Positions 44,634 to 54,805 of a stretch of 64,000 nucleotides of DNA are shown in pieces. The DNA lies in assembly GCA_008369845.1 (NCBI GenBank), contig MRSU01006018.1:1-64000 (forward strand), in the 5' to 3' direction. The notes under the pieces were generated by a model. It made no database searches. It saw only the letters and a program-made list of their open reading frames with translations, and was not told the origin of the DNA. The translations under genes were made by a program, and so were the position numbers. This DNA comes from Trichomonas gallinae (lineage: Eukaryota). How positions within the stretch are numbered: the first letter of the stretch is position 1; every line of letters starts with the position of its first letter.

Positions 44634-47600
44634 TTAATTCTGCATTTCATGTGCCTTTAATTCAGGCATTTGATCAATCATTTTGCGTATCATAGGCATT
44701 TTGATGTCATTCTTATTGTTAATTAAGAAATCAATGATAACATCTCTGATGTTTTCAACCGATTTACGATCTGCCCTTTGAAGAATCAGTATTCCAATCA
44801 TTATAGCCATATCTTTATGCTCGTACTCGCTCACTTTCAAGAAGAATTCAAGAACTTCTTCAGCGTCAAGCCATGAGCAGTATTTCAATGCATGAAACAA
44901 CAAATCTTTGAATTTTTCGAGGCATTCATCGGAATCTTCTATCGATCTTAACATCTTCGAAAATACTCCTTCCTGGCAAACTGTTGACTTGAGGAATGTT
45001 TTAGCTCTGTTGTGTTTCAAAGTTGCTGTCATGAAAATAATCAGCGGCTTCAACATATGATAAGTCACATCATATTCGAGGATGTATTTAATAGATGAAT
45101 TCAAAACTCTGATAAAATCATTGAGTCTGTCAGGCAGGGTATTGTTAATCAATGTAATATCAGCACACATATGTCTGGCATAAGAAACAAGCGTTTTGAT
45201 GAATTCTGTCAAAGCCAATGGGCCAAGTGTTATGCTCCTGATGTTATTTGAAAACATTGCAAAATGTACGAGCACCATTGTTGAGATCTTGAACAATGAT
45301 CTGACCAATCTGAACCAAGCAGCCGTGTATTGATCAGTTTGATAAGGAAGAGTGGACATGTATGATACGTATGGTATAGTAGCAATAGTTTGTTTCAATG
45401 AAGGAGTCCATCCTTCATTGTTTTCAAGGGTTTCGTAATTGATTTTCTCGACAATTTGTGCTAAGCATTCGACAAAATGGGCAGTTGAAGAATTGGCAAC
45501 TCTGAATCTTGTAAACACCATTAAACTAGATGCAATAGATTTGAGAATTATAGCATTTTCTGCTACATATTCGAGATTTGCAATTTCTTCGATGACGTAA
45601 TCAAGCAATAATTTGTCCGTTGTATGTGCATAAGCGAATACATAAATAATCGCAGGATAGTTGTGTTTTCCTAAAATCTTTAAAACAGTAGCTTTGAACG
45701 ATTTTGCAAAGCTCTCTGAAACCGAGAAATCTGGACGTATTAAAACTGCTTTAATCTTCTCTGTGGTATTCATAAGAATACATCTATTAGCCATCTGCTG
45801 ATCTGTCATCCAGAGAAGCAAGAATTTAATCATTCCTTCGGCAATATAAGTGTAACTAAAGCTTCTATACTCCATTAAATAAATGAGTTTCTGGACAAAT
45901 GCTTCAGTGTAGTTTGTCAACGACTTCTCATTTACAGGAATATCAATCAAATACTCATAAAGCTCATCACCACAGTTGACAACAGAAGGAACAGAGTAGA
46001 AAACGTATTCTAAAAGTTCAGTGTAAACGTTGATGTCTTTGTTGAATATCTGATGATAATGTTTCATTATCGACAAAATGTCATTTCCTCTGTTACCGCT
46101 TTCAGCTAATGATGCTATTGTTGACTTGATAATATTTCTAAGCTTGTCTAATTCTTGTTGATTTTGGTTTCCGAATTTGTTGTCGAACATTTTCTGTACT
46201 AAATTCCTAATTTTAACAGAATTTGATGCAAAAAGAGTTGCAATGAATTGCGAATCGTTCAAAAACTCGTCTTTTTCAAATAAATCATCAATGACATCAA
46301 TAATTGATTCATTTTCGCATAAGATCGGAATTAACTGCTTGAAAACTAAAAAGTTTTCATTTGTCAAATTATAAACGAGCATGCAATAATCAGCATTAGC
46401 GTATTGCAACAAATCATTGACAACATCCTGATTGAATCCGTTTTCAGTAATATCGAAATATTGAATTATTCTCTCATCTCTCATCGAAATCAATTTCCTT
46501 CTAATATGATTATTGTCGATGAGTATTTTTGCAGATTTTGAGCGTTGGTTAAGGATAGAGTTGATAATGTGCTTGAAGATGTTTGAATTGACGAATGCTG
46601 GACTTTCAGATAATTGAATAAATTTCTGACAAACATCATAATTTTTGTCAAATTCTGACAAAAATAATAAAGAAGCAGAAGAGATTTCTTCATCTTTGTC
46701 ATCAATCATTGACGAAGAAACGTCAACAATATTCTCTGGCTCTGGATAGTTTTTAGCTATGTCTAATATAACAGATGGAATACTTTCAACGATAGAAGGA
46801 TTCAAATATGGAACCATGCTTTCAAAAAATTTGACAGCAAAATCTTTATCGTCTTTAAGATATATTAATCCATTATATGACTTGTAGTTGACAGCAGCGC
46901 AACTTGCTAGTTCATAGAGATCATCATTTTTCTCGAATTTATCCCAATCTTTGAAATCATTTAACAGCATACAAATTTGCTCATTCTTTTTAATGACTTT
47001 TTCGCGGATGGAAATTGGAATGTCAGTCCACACTTCTTCTTTTGTCGGCATATTTCTCTTATTGAAGAAGATCATATTGATTTTAGAATTTGAAGGAATC
47101 TGATCGACTTTTACAACATTAGGACCCCTGCATCTATAATAACCATCAGAAGTTTTAATATAAGCTGTTGTATTGTCAGTGATAACACAGGAAAGATCAT
47201 AGATAGAGTCACCGAGAGATGAAGACGCTAAATTAATAGTATTCGTTAGGATTGGACTTGAACCCTTGTCGCAGATAAAAACTCTGCAATCACTTGGTTT
47301 TTTGTTCGTGAAAATCAGGTCAACTTTGTCTTGAACTCTCATTGATCTCTTATATATGAAATCTGATATAGGGCCAATAATTTGATTCTTGAAATTAAAT
47401 GAAACAAAAGGATCGGTTTTTGGTCCAAATTGTGAATGTTTGATTATGTTTGATTCGATTTTGAAACAATCTAAAATCTGAATCGGAAGTTTGGAAATCA
47501 ATGTCATGAAATCGCCAGAGTTGAAAGAAATATTTTTGAATAAATCAGTGGAGTCAACAACAGAAGAATGCCCATAGCATATACTCGTCAAAACTTCAAG

Positions 47601-49619
47601 GAACTTTTGATCACTCTCCGGAATTTTTGCAAGTGTTTGAATAATTGCTGTGTTTTGTGCGAAAGCTTGTATCATTGGTGTCTGACTTGCAATCATCAGA
47701 TTCATCAAGCCAGAATGTTCAACTAAATTATAATCGCATTGATATTCTGAAATTAATGAAAGTAATAATTTTGGATTCTTGTAGAATTTTTCGATGATTT
47801 TTCGGCCGTTTTCGATCGATAATTTCGAAAGATTTGAGTCAGCAGAAATATATTCATTGAAAGCTTTCTTGAGATATTCTTCTGACTCGTTTTCATCATG
47901 TTTGTCATTTTTAACACTTTCTGTTTTGTAGATTTCAACTAAATCAGGGTAGTTATCATTTAAAGAATATATTTCTTCTTCATGATTCTGCAAAATTTTC
48001 ATTGATTCGTGTTTGAAGTTGCTGTTAGTGGATCTGCAAAATGCTGCTAACAAATACAAAATTTTGTGATGAACTTCATAACTTTTTTGCATTAATTTAC
48101 AAAATGTGTCAACATATATTGAAGATTTGATTAATCTGTCTTCGAATAATGGAAGATCATTGATTAACTTGTTTTCTATGTAATCATAAAGCATAGACGA
48201 TGGATTGATGAAATCGAACAATAATTCGTAATTTTTGATTTCGACGAAAGAATGTTTTCGCAAAAATCTCAAAATTGAATCAGAATCCAATAAATAAAAA
48301 ATGTTTTCACAGAACAAATCAATGTCAAAATTAGCGGCATCGGCCAATTTGATGATCTTACCAAGTAAGAACATTTGTGGGAATCCAATTTCAAGTTCTT
48401 GAGCATTTTCGTTTAATTTCTTGGCTGCTTCAATAATTTGAGATTTGTATTTGTTCAATGAGAATATATTAAGCATAACTTCCCTTGATGCATAATTTGC
48501 GGTTCTGAATATTTCATAGAAAGGTTTAAAATCTAAATTTTCGATTTCTTTGAATTTCAACAATAAACTTGCAATAACTATTGAGGATTGAGTAGTATAC
48601 TCAAACTTGTTCATTATATCAATGAATTGTTGTTCGTTTATGGAATTAATTATTTCTTTAATAAAATCATTACATATGAACCATAATTTGGACATGTTTT
48701 GAATGATTTCGGTTATGTCAAACAATTTAATTGCCTTTAAATACGAAATAAATGATAATGTAACTTTTTCATTTTCAATTCCAACGGTATTAAAGAATTC
48801 GCTTTTAATTTTTTGAGCAATAGACTTCATAATTATATTATTTTCGTTAAAATGTGTTAAAAGTTTGCCAATATGTGCTGGAATCAGTTTTGGATTAGCG
48901 ATTAATGATTCAGTGTATAAATCAACAATTACTTCGTTTCTTTCTTGTCCATTGTATAGTAAATGCACCATTAATCTATATAAACTTGGCTGATTGCCAT
49001 TTAAATTTTCAAAAATATTATCAATTAAATAATCTCGAAATTCATGAGAAAAATAAGCTGCATAGTTTTCAATGAACTCACACATCATGCATGAACATTC
49101 ATTTTCTTCTTCTATCGTTCCAAAGTATCTTATTACTTTGATGTAAAAGTAAAAGCGTTGTAAACGAAGAATTATCATAAGATGTGGTGGTATATATTCA
49201 AAATTTGAATCAAGGATGTAAGTAGTATTTGATATCTTTCCAGTATTCGACGTTTCAAAATAAGATTTAATTTGTTCTGATGGTATTTTGTCTTGAATAG
49301 TAGCAGCACTAACAATTGTATTAAGTAATGAAATTATCATTGTATTTTGCTCTGTAAGCATTGGTAAAACCAAATTTTCAACATAATCAAGTGTTTTTAC
49401 TAAGCAACTATTAATTTTACTGCATATTTTAACAGCTATGGGAAGTAATCGTTTGAATTCGTTTTTAACATCGATCGGAAGATTGGAATAGCAAAGTGAT
49501 AATTCTGTCATCACGATAGTAAGAGAAGAAGCTGTCTCAATTCTGTTAGGATTAGCCAAAAGTTCGGAAATCCAAGCTTGGGCAGATTTGATCCGCTGAT
49601 AAATATCAAAATCACTCAT
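44634..49619 (-). CDS. Large helical-repeat protein with central degenerate USP (ubiquitin-specific protease)-like domain
   Basis: 1661-aa ORF. SGLMNL..MIQAF, YDLSCVI..AYIK..YYRC and NMIFFNKR resemble USP boxes. Confidence 0.6.
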   Translation of the reverse strand: MSDFDIYQRIKSAQAWISELLANPNRIETASSLTIVMTELSLCYSNLPIDVKNEFKRLLPIAVKICSKINSCLVKTLDYVENLVLPMLTEQNTMIISLLNTIVSAATIQDKIPSEQIKSYFETSNTGKISNTTYILDSNFEYIPPHLMIILRLQRFYFYIKVIRYFGTIEEENECSCMMCEFIENYAAYFSHEFRDYLIDNIFENLNGNQPSLYRLMVHLLYNGQERNEVIVDLYTESLIANPKLIPAHIGKLLTHFNENNIIMKSIAQKIKSEFFNTVGIENEKVTLSFISYLKAIKLFDITEIIQNMSKLWFICNDFIKEIINSINEQQFIDIMNKFEYTTQSSIVIASLLLKFKEIENLDFKPFYEIFRTANYASREVMLNIFSLNKYKSQIIEAAKKLNENAQELEIGFPQMFLLGKIIKLADAANFDIDLFCENIFYLLDSDSILRFLRKHSFVEIKNYELLFDFINPSSMLYDYIENKLINDLPLFEDRLIKSSIYVDTFCKLMQKSYEVHHKILYLLAAFCRSTNSNFKHESMKILQNHEEEIYSLNDNYPDLVEIYKTESVKNDKHDENESEEYLKKAFNEYISADSNLSKLSIENGRKIIEKFYKNPKLLLSLISEYQCDYNLVEHSGLMNLMIASQTPMIQAFAQNTAIIQTLAKIPESDQKFLEVLTSICYGHSSVVDSTDLFKNISFNSGDFMTLISKLPIQILDCFKIESNIIKHSQFGPKTDPFVSFNFKNQIIGPISDFIYKRSMRVQDKVDLIFTNKKPSDCRVFICDKGSSPILTNTINLASSSLGDSIYDLSCVITDNTTAYIKTSDGYYRCRGPNVVKVDQIPSNSKINMIFFNKRNMPTKEEVWTDIPISIREKVIKKNEQICMLLNDFKDWDKFEKNDDLYELASCAAVNYKSYNGLIYLKDDKDFAVKFFESMVPYLNPSIVESIPSVILDIAKNYPEPENIVDVSSSMIDDKDEEISSASLLFLSEFDKNYDVCQKFIQLSESPAFVNSNIFKHIINSILNQRSKSAKILIDNNHIRRKLISMRDERIIQYFDITENGFNQDVVNDLLQYANADYCMLVYNLTNENFLVFKQLIPILCENESIIDVIDDLFEKDEFLNDSQFIATLFASNSVKIRNLVQKMFDNKFGNQNQQELDKLRNIIKSTIASLAESGNRGNDILSIMKHYHQIFNKDINVYTELLEYVFYSVPSVVNCGDELYEYLIDIPVNEKSLTNYTEAFVQKLIYLMEYRSFSYTYIAEGMIKFLLLWMTDQQMANRCILMNTTEKIKAVLIRPDFSVSESFAKSFKATVLKILGKHNYPAIIYVFAYAHTTDKLLLDYVIEEIANLEYVAENAIILKSIASSLMVFTRFRVANSSTAHFVECLAQIVEKINYETLENNEGWTPSLKQTIATIPYVSYMSTLPYQTDQYTAAWFRLVRSLFKISTMVLVHFAMFSNNIRSITLGPLALTEFIKTLVSYARHMCADITLINNTLPDRLNDFIRVLNSSIKYILEYDVTYHMLKPLIIFMTATLKHNRAKTFLKSTVCQEGVFSKMLRSIEDSDECLEKFKDLLFHALKYCSWLDAEEVLEFFLKVSEYEHKDMAIMIGILILQRADRKSVENIRDVIIDFLINNKNDIKMPMIRKMIDQMPELKAHEMQN

Positions 49620-50174
49620 TATCTAAAATTGACGAAAAAATTGATAAAGATTTGACATTTGTCAATTTTTCTCTTGACTTTTGACAATTTTTTGACATTG
49701 TCAAAAAATCTTGTCAATATCTTTTTTCTTATGACTGTTGTTTAACAAAATGATCTACTGGAACTGCTGGGAAATTGTTTCGCAAAGAAAATGACTGTTT
49801 TTTTTCTAATGCAAGTTGGAAATTACTATATTTTGCGCAATATTAGAAGAATAAAACTTCTATATAGTCTATTTGGGAAATAGCCAAGAAAAACTATACA
49901 TAAATAAGAAATGATACTATATTAGGAAAAATATCAATAATTTTGCAAATCAAAAATTCACAAACTTATATTATATGATTTCAATTAAATCTTTCCAAAC
50001 GAAATCCAAATATGAGACATAGAAATGATTTTCACAGGTATATTTTCTGTTATTATTTTTATTAATATATTGATGAAAGAAAACAATATATTTACTATAC
50101 ACGAAAGACATCCATTACAGCATGGAAACAAATAATATACAGCATTTAAAAAACACATTATTTGAAAAATTAAA

Positions 50175-50744
50175 TTATGGAGTTAATTGAATTTCCATTT
50201 TTGTTGGTAAAGTAGCATATGCTTTTCTAATAATTTTCTCTACACGTCTGAGAGAAAGCTTAAAAATGAAACCAAGTTTGCCAATATTACTATCCATAGT
50301 AAAATTAGCTATTGGAGGTTCTTCAAATTCAACAAATGTTGTTTCTCCATGAGTTACACTGACTTTTACAGTTATATCAAAATTTGTAACTAAAAATCTG
50401 CATGGAATAATCATTGGTGCACCAGTATACACCATTCCCATTAATCTCATACTCTGGAAATGATCTATTCTTGCACCGAGAGGATTAACATTTAACTCCA
50501 TTTTTAATTCTAGCATTGCATTGCCTCTGTATTTGAATATCGCGCTAATTTTCTGTTGTTTTATCGTTAATGATGATATTCTTGTTAGAGCGACAAAAGG
50601 TGGAACAGCTCCTAAATCAATGTTGACCAATCTGACTTTCGAACGAAGCATGGGGTTGGCATCTTCCGGTACTTTTGAAATAGCTTCACGGACTTTTTCC
50701 TCGACAAAAGGTTTCAATGCCTCCCAATCAAATTGTAATGACAT
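50175..50744 (-). CDS. MDM34: SMP-domain ERMES component, Mdm34-like
   Basis: True ATG at 50744 with Inr TCACTT upstream. MSLQFDW, NIDLGAVPP, YRGNA.L.LK.ELNVNPL, APMIIP and F.EPP...F...S follow the Mdm34 SMP pattern. Confidence 0.7.
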   Translation of the reverse strand: MSLQFDWEALKPFVEEKVREAISKVPEDANPMLRSKVRLVNIDLGAVPPFVALTRISSLTIKQQKISAIFKYRGNAMLELKMELNVNPLGARIDHFQSMRLMGMVYTGAPMIIPCRFLVTNFDITVKVSVTHGETTFVEFEEPPIANFTMDSNIGKLGFIFKLSLRRVEKIIRKAYATLPTKMEIQLTP

Positions 50745-51136
50745 AAATTTTTGATCACAAAAGTGACATATACCCTGTTTTATTTTTTCACTCCCTGCTT
50801 TATTTTTTTCCTGCTCTATTATTTTGTCCCCTTTTTTTATATTGTGGAATGATTCAAGGTAAACACTCTCTATTTGACATTGGGAACCTAATTGCAACTA
50901 GTGAGATATTCGCATTAAATGATAGTATCAAAATATATACATAATGCATCACCATTATATTCGTATTTGATATATAAACCAGAATTTAACCCAATTCAGA
51001 TAAATATAATTTGAATTCTGAATTTTATTGAGATTAGGCTTTGGGAACTAGATTTCCTCATTTTCCTATTATGAGGGTGTCATATCAACAATTATCTCAG
51101 TAAAAAATCATTAATAATAAAATATACAAACAAAAT

Positions 51137-52102
51137 TTAAACATGATGGATTCCTTTTGTAAAAATTCTTCCTTTTTTCACTTCTTTATCTCTTGGGTCT
51201 TGCTTTAACAATCTTGCGGCATCTGCTGCCATCATATGTAAGAAGCCAACAATATCTATATAACAACCATTTCCATAATCTGCTAAGAGCGACTTAAGCA
51301 GAACTTGGTCTTTCTTTCGTTTAGAAATATTCAAAATTGCACTTAATTGCATAAAGCCCAATTTTCCTGTTTTATTGATATCATACTGTGCAAATATTCT
51401 CTTTAATTCATAGAATCTCTGTTCTGAGATCTTTAAATTATTAACTAACTGGATTTCATTTTCCAATTCTGCAAATTTTTGATCGATTTTGTTGAATAGC
51501 TCTTGTATCTTTGATCTTACTTGTTCTGGAGCGCAAACAGCTAGGTTTATCATCCCTGCACGCTTAACTTCTCCATATGCGATATCTAATTCCTCCAAAG
51601 TCATTCTAAACTCAAAGAGAGTATGCTTAGCGTTATTCAGTGACTGTCTCCGAAGATCAAAACCTTCAACAACAAGACAAAGCTGGCTTTCTATCCTGTA
51701 AAACTCATTTGTTAAAGAAGAAACAAGAGAATTGTAACGAGTGACGTAATTTCCGAGGAAACTCTCTACACGTTTCTTCGTCTGAGATATCAGCTCTTCG
51801 AGTTTGTGAATTGCTTTGTTTACTGACTGCGGATGGTAAGAATTGTCAATTACGATTGTTACTGCAGACTCTGTATTTATCTTTACCAAATCATCCCATT
51901 TCGACGAGAGATACGCATTTCGCTGTGTTATTTCTTGACTGTCTACATTAATTATTCGATTCAATATAGAAAAACAATTTTTATAAGTTTCAATAGACAT
52001 TTCTATATCACTCATGCTCATTATTTGCGACTTGGCTTTCGAAATTAGTCCAAGAAGCTCTTTCGCTAATCGGCTATATTCGTTGTATTTGTCATCACTC
52101 AT
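51137..52102 (-). CDS. Alpha-actinin-like C-terminal protein (helical rod + EF-hand)
   Basis: ATG at 52102. ISEQRFYELKRIFAQYDINKTGKLGFMQLSAIL matches the actinin EF-hand entry. No CH domains. Confidence 0.65.
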   Translation of the reverse strand: MSDDKYNEYSRLAKELLGLISKAKSQIMSMSDIEMSIETYKNCFSILNRIINVDSQEITQRNAYLSSKWDDLVKINTESAVTIVIDNSYHPQSVNKAIHKLEELISQTKKRVESFLGNYVTRYNSLVSSLTNEFYRIESQLCLVVEGFDLRRQSLNNAKHTLFEFRMTLEELDIAYGEVKRAGMINLAVCAPEQVRSKIQELFNKIDQKFAELENEIQLVNNLKISEQRFYELKRIFAQYDINKTGKLGFMQLSAILNISKRKKDQVLLKSLLADYGNGCYIDIVGFLHMMAADAARLLKQDPRDKEVKKGRIFTKGIHHV

Positions 52103-52516
52103 AAATTTGGGGTATTTCAAAAATTAACAGGGATCATTACAATAATTTTGACAAAATAATTTACATTTTGTCATGTAAAATTTCAAATTTTTTCATCTTC
52201 ATTTCCATAAAACATGAACATGTCAGCACATTTATATTTTAAAATTTAGAACTTTTCCTATTAATATGCAGTATCTAATAATATCATCATCCAAATATTT
52301 AACCTAGATATATTCGAAGAAATATTTTGGCATGTAAAAATCATTTTGAGAAAAAAATTGACATGTAAAATATATTTTAAAATAGAATGTAAAAATACAA
52401 TGATTATACTATATTTCATGAGTAATTCAGCAATAATTACTATATTTTGTCTATCATTTTATGAATTTAATAAAAAAAAATTATTTAATTTAAAGAATAA
52501 AGTTCATATCAAAAAT

Positions 52517-54133
52517 TTATTCATGCTTTCCAGCGAAATAAGCAACATCATTATCATTATCTTTCTGAAGTCTCTCTTGGAGAGATGCGCATTGAGCAGC
52601 CGCAGCTTCTCTGGCTAAAACAACTCTAACATTCGATACAGGATCGACTATAGCCTTTTCAATGACTGAGTCGCACTCCTGAACCAAATTGAGCGTAAAA
52701 ATAGCACTAATAACAGCTTGTCTAACCTGATAATCTTTTGTGTCAAAAGTTGTGGCAAACAGATTCGGGAATGCTGATTTCTTCCAATCATCTCCGTAAA
52801 CAGCGGCAATCTGTGGTAAAACTTTAACCGTATTCTTTCTGACATCTGCACTTTCATTTGTAAGAAGCTTAAAGACAAGGGGTATGAAATTATCTGTGAA
52901 ATATTGCTTGTCTGTTGTACTAGCGATTTCTGGAATAATATTTGGAATGGAAAGCTGTGTTCTCCATGGGCTAAACTTAATAAGGTTACCTATGTGCTTA
53001 GCAGCTGCACTTACAGCGTAACCTGTCTTAGCGACTGAAGATAAAGCTGATATTTTGACTGAATTGTCTCCATCCTCTAATAAAAGGGAAAGAAGCGGTG
53101 AGCAAAGAGATTCTGGGGCTCCCTGAACATCTCCAATGCTCTTTGCGACTGAAGCGCGAACAGAAGTATTTTTATCTGATGCCATAGATGTGGCGAATTT
53201 TGCGAATTCTTCGACTGTATATGCGTTTGATTTGAAGATAAAAGGCAGAGAACGTGCAATAGAAGCGCGTACTTCAACTGCAGCGTCCATTGACGCTGGA
53301 TCTGAAATTCCCTTGATAATTTCGGCGGCTGGCATATCATTTTGGAAGATTTTAGGGAGAGAATCGGCAAGAACTGCGCGAGCTTGCCAACGAGGACTTG
53401 AAAAAATTCTCTTTACAGAAGCAATCTTGAGATCGATCATTGACGATGGTAAAACAGACAATGCGATTGGCAATTCAATAAGAACAGCATGAGAAAGATC
53501 GTCTGAGAGTGTTGTAATTAGCCTTTCGATAATTTCGAGTTGATCCTGAGTTTTGGTTGTTGTAATAAAAACAGGAAGTGCCATAGCAAGAGAACGACGA
53601 ACAATTGTCATCTGATCGACAGAAATTGATGGGAAAAACAAAGTAAGTTTCTTACGCTTTTCGTCTGGATAGAGAGAGAATGTTGCGCAAAGTATGACAG
53701 CTGCAGCAGATCTCAATGGATGCCATGAATCTTCGCACATTTCTTTGAGAATCGGGTAGAAATTAATTGCAAGTTCCTCCTGATTAGATTTATGAGATAA
53801 CGAAATGAATGACTTTGTTGCCATTTCTTGAACTTTTGGATCTTCAATTTCGCAAATTTGTTTAAGTAATGCGAGAATAACTGCAACGTGGTTCATTCCA
53901 CCGATTTCTTCGATGATTTGCGGCACCTGTTCTGCGACGTGCATCCAAACCTCCTCTGTGTTATCAATTGTTTCGGCAATATAAGGAATTAATTCAGAAC
54001 GAGATCTTTCTGGACCTAATGTTCTTGAGATGACTTTAAGTGATTTAACAGCATTAAGACGCTCATTCAACACTTCACTACGAAGATTCTCAATAAGGTC
54101 CCTGATCTCGTCGTTGGCGAGGGGCGATGACAT
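52517..54133 (-). CDS. Protein phosphatase 2A scaffold (A) subunit-like HEAT-repeat protein
   Basis: LIENLRSE.LNERLNAVK.L..I...LGPERSRSELIPYI, WHPLRSAA, DPVSNVR, LQKDNDNDVAYFA. Confidence 0.88.
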   Translation of the reverse strand: MSSPLANDEIRDLIENLRSEVLNERLNAVKSLKVISRTLGPERSRSELIPYIAETIDNTEEVWMHVAEQVPQIIEEIGGMNHVAVILALLKQICEIEDPKVQEMATKSFISLSHKSNQEELAINFYPILKEMCEDSWHPLRSAAAVILCATFSLYPDEKRKKLTLFFPSISVDQMTIVRRSLAMALPVFITTTKTQDQLEIIERLITTLSDDLSHAVLIELPIALSVLPSSMIDLKIASVKRIFSSPRWQARAVLADSLPKIFQNDMPAAEIIKGISDPASMDAAVEVRASIARSLPFIFKSNAYTVEEFAKFATSMASDKNTSVRASVAKSIGDVQGAPESLCSPLLSLLLEDGDNSVKISALSSVAKTGYAVSAAAKHIGNLIKFSPWRTQLSIPNIIPEIASTTDKQYFTDNFIPLVFKLLTNESADVRKNTVKVLPQIAAVYGDDWKKSAFPNLFATTFDTKDYQVRQAVISAIFTLNLVQECDSVIEKAIVDPVSNVRVVLAREAAAAQCASLQERLQKDNDNDVAYFAGKHE

Positions 54134-54279
54134 ATTTCAAATGCGGCGGTTTTATTTACAAATTGGGCACTGTCACGTTTTTGTTTCCATTTTTTTCAGC
54201 GCTTTGGTGCTTTTTTAGTATCATAATCGCAGCTCTTAAGGCTTTGTTAGCATGTTTATACCGAAATCTGCGCAATAAA

Positions 54280-54563
54280 ATTTGATATTTTTCAACTTCA
54301 AAAAAATATTCTAATTATCTACTTTATTATAAATATATATCATTTTTTCTTTATGTATAGTATATTTATGTCAATGTCGGTAAGATTACATTTGATATTT
54401 TTCAACTTCAAAAAATTACTCGAGTTATCCACTTTATCATCATTAAATATCATTTCTTCTTGATTTATAATATATTTATGCCAAAGTCAGCACGATTCCA
54501 TTTGATATTTTTCGACATCAAAATATTAATCTAGTTAGACATTTTATCACAAAAATATATCAT
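54280..54563. repeat. Degenerate tandem repeat, 110-bp unit, about 2.6 copies
   Basis: ATTTGATATTTTTCRACWTCAAAA starts at 54280, 54390 and 54500. Confidence 0.8.
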
Positions 54564-54805
54564 ATATACATTTTGTATAATATAATTGTGTGTTAATATT
54601 GCAAAAATTGTGCATTTTGTTAATTTTGATTAATATAAACTGAAGCACAATTAGTATTTTTTGATTCTGTTATAAATATACATGAAAATACATTTGTTGC
54701 AACCAATTATGATATATAATTAGCATCTATTCAAAAGAATCAAAAAATTCCTGATTAATATGCAAAGTGTATATTCATATGAATAATAAAAAAGCAAAAT
54801 AATGT

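Noticed and set aside
54586..54597. Minus-strand ATTAACACACAA near-match to the intron 3' motif
   Set aside because: Lacks the terminal AG and the branch-site C, and has no convincing exon context.
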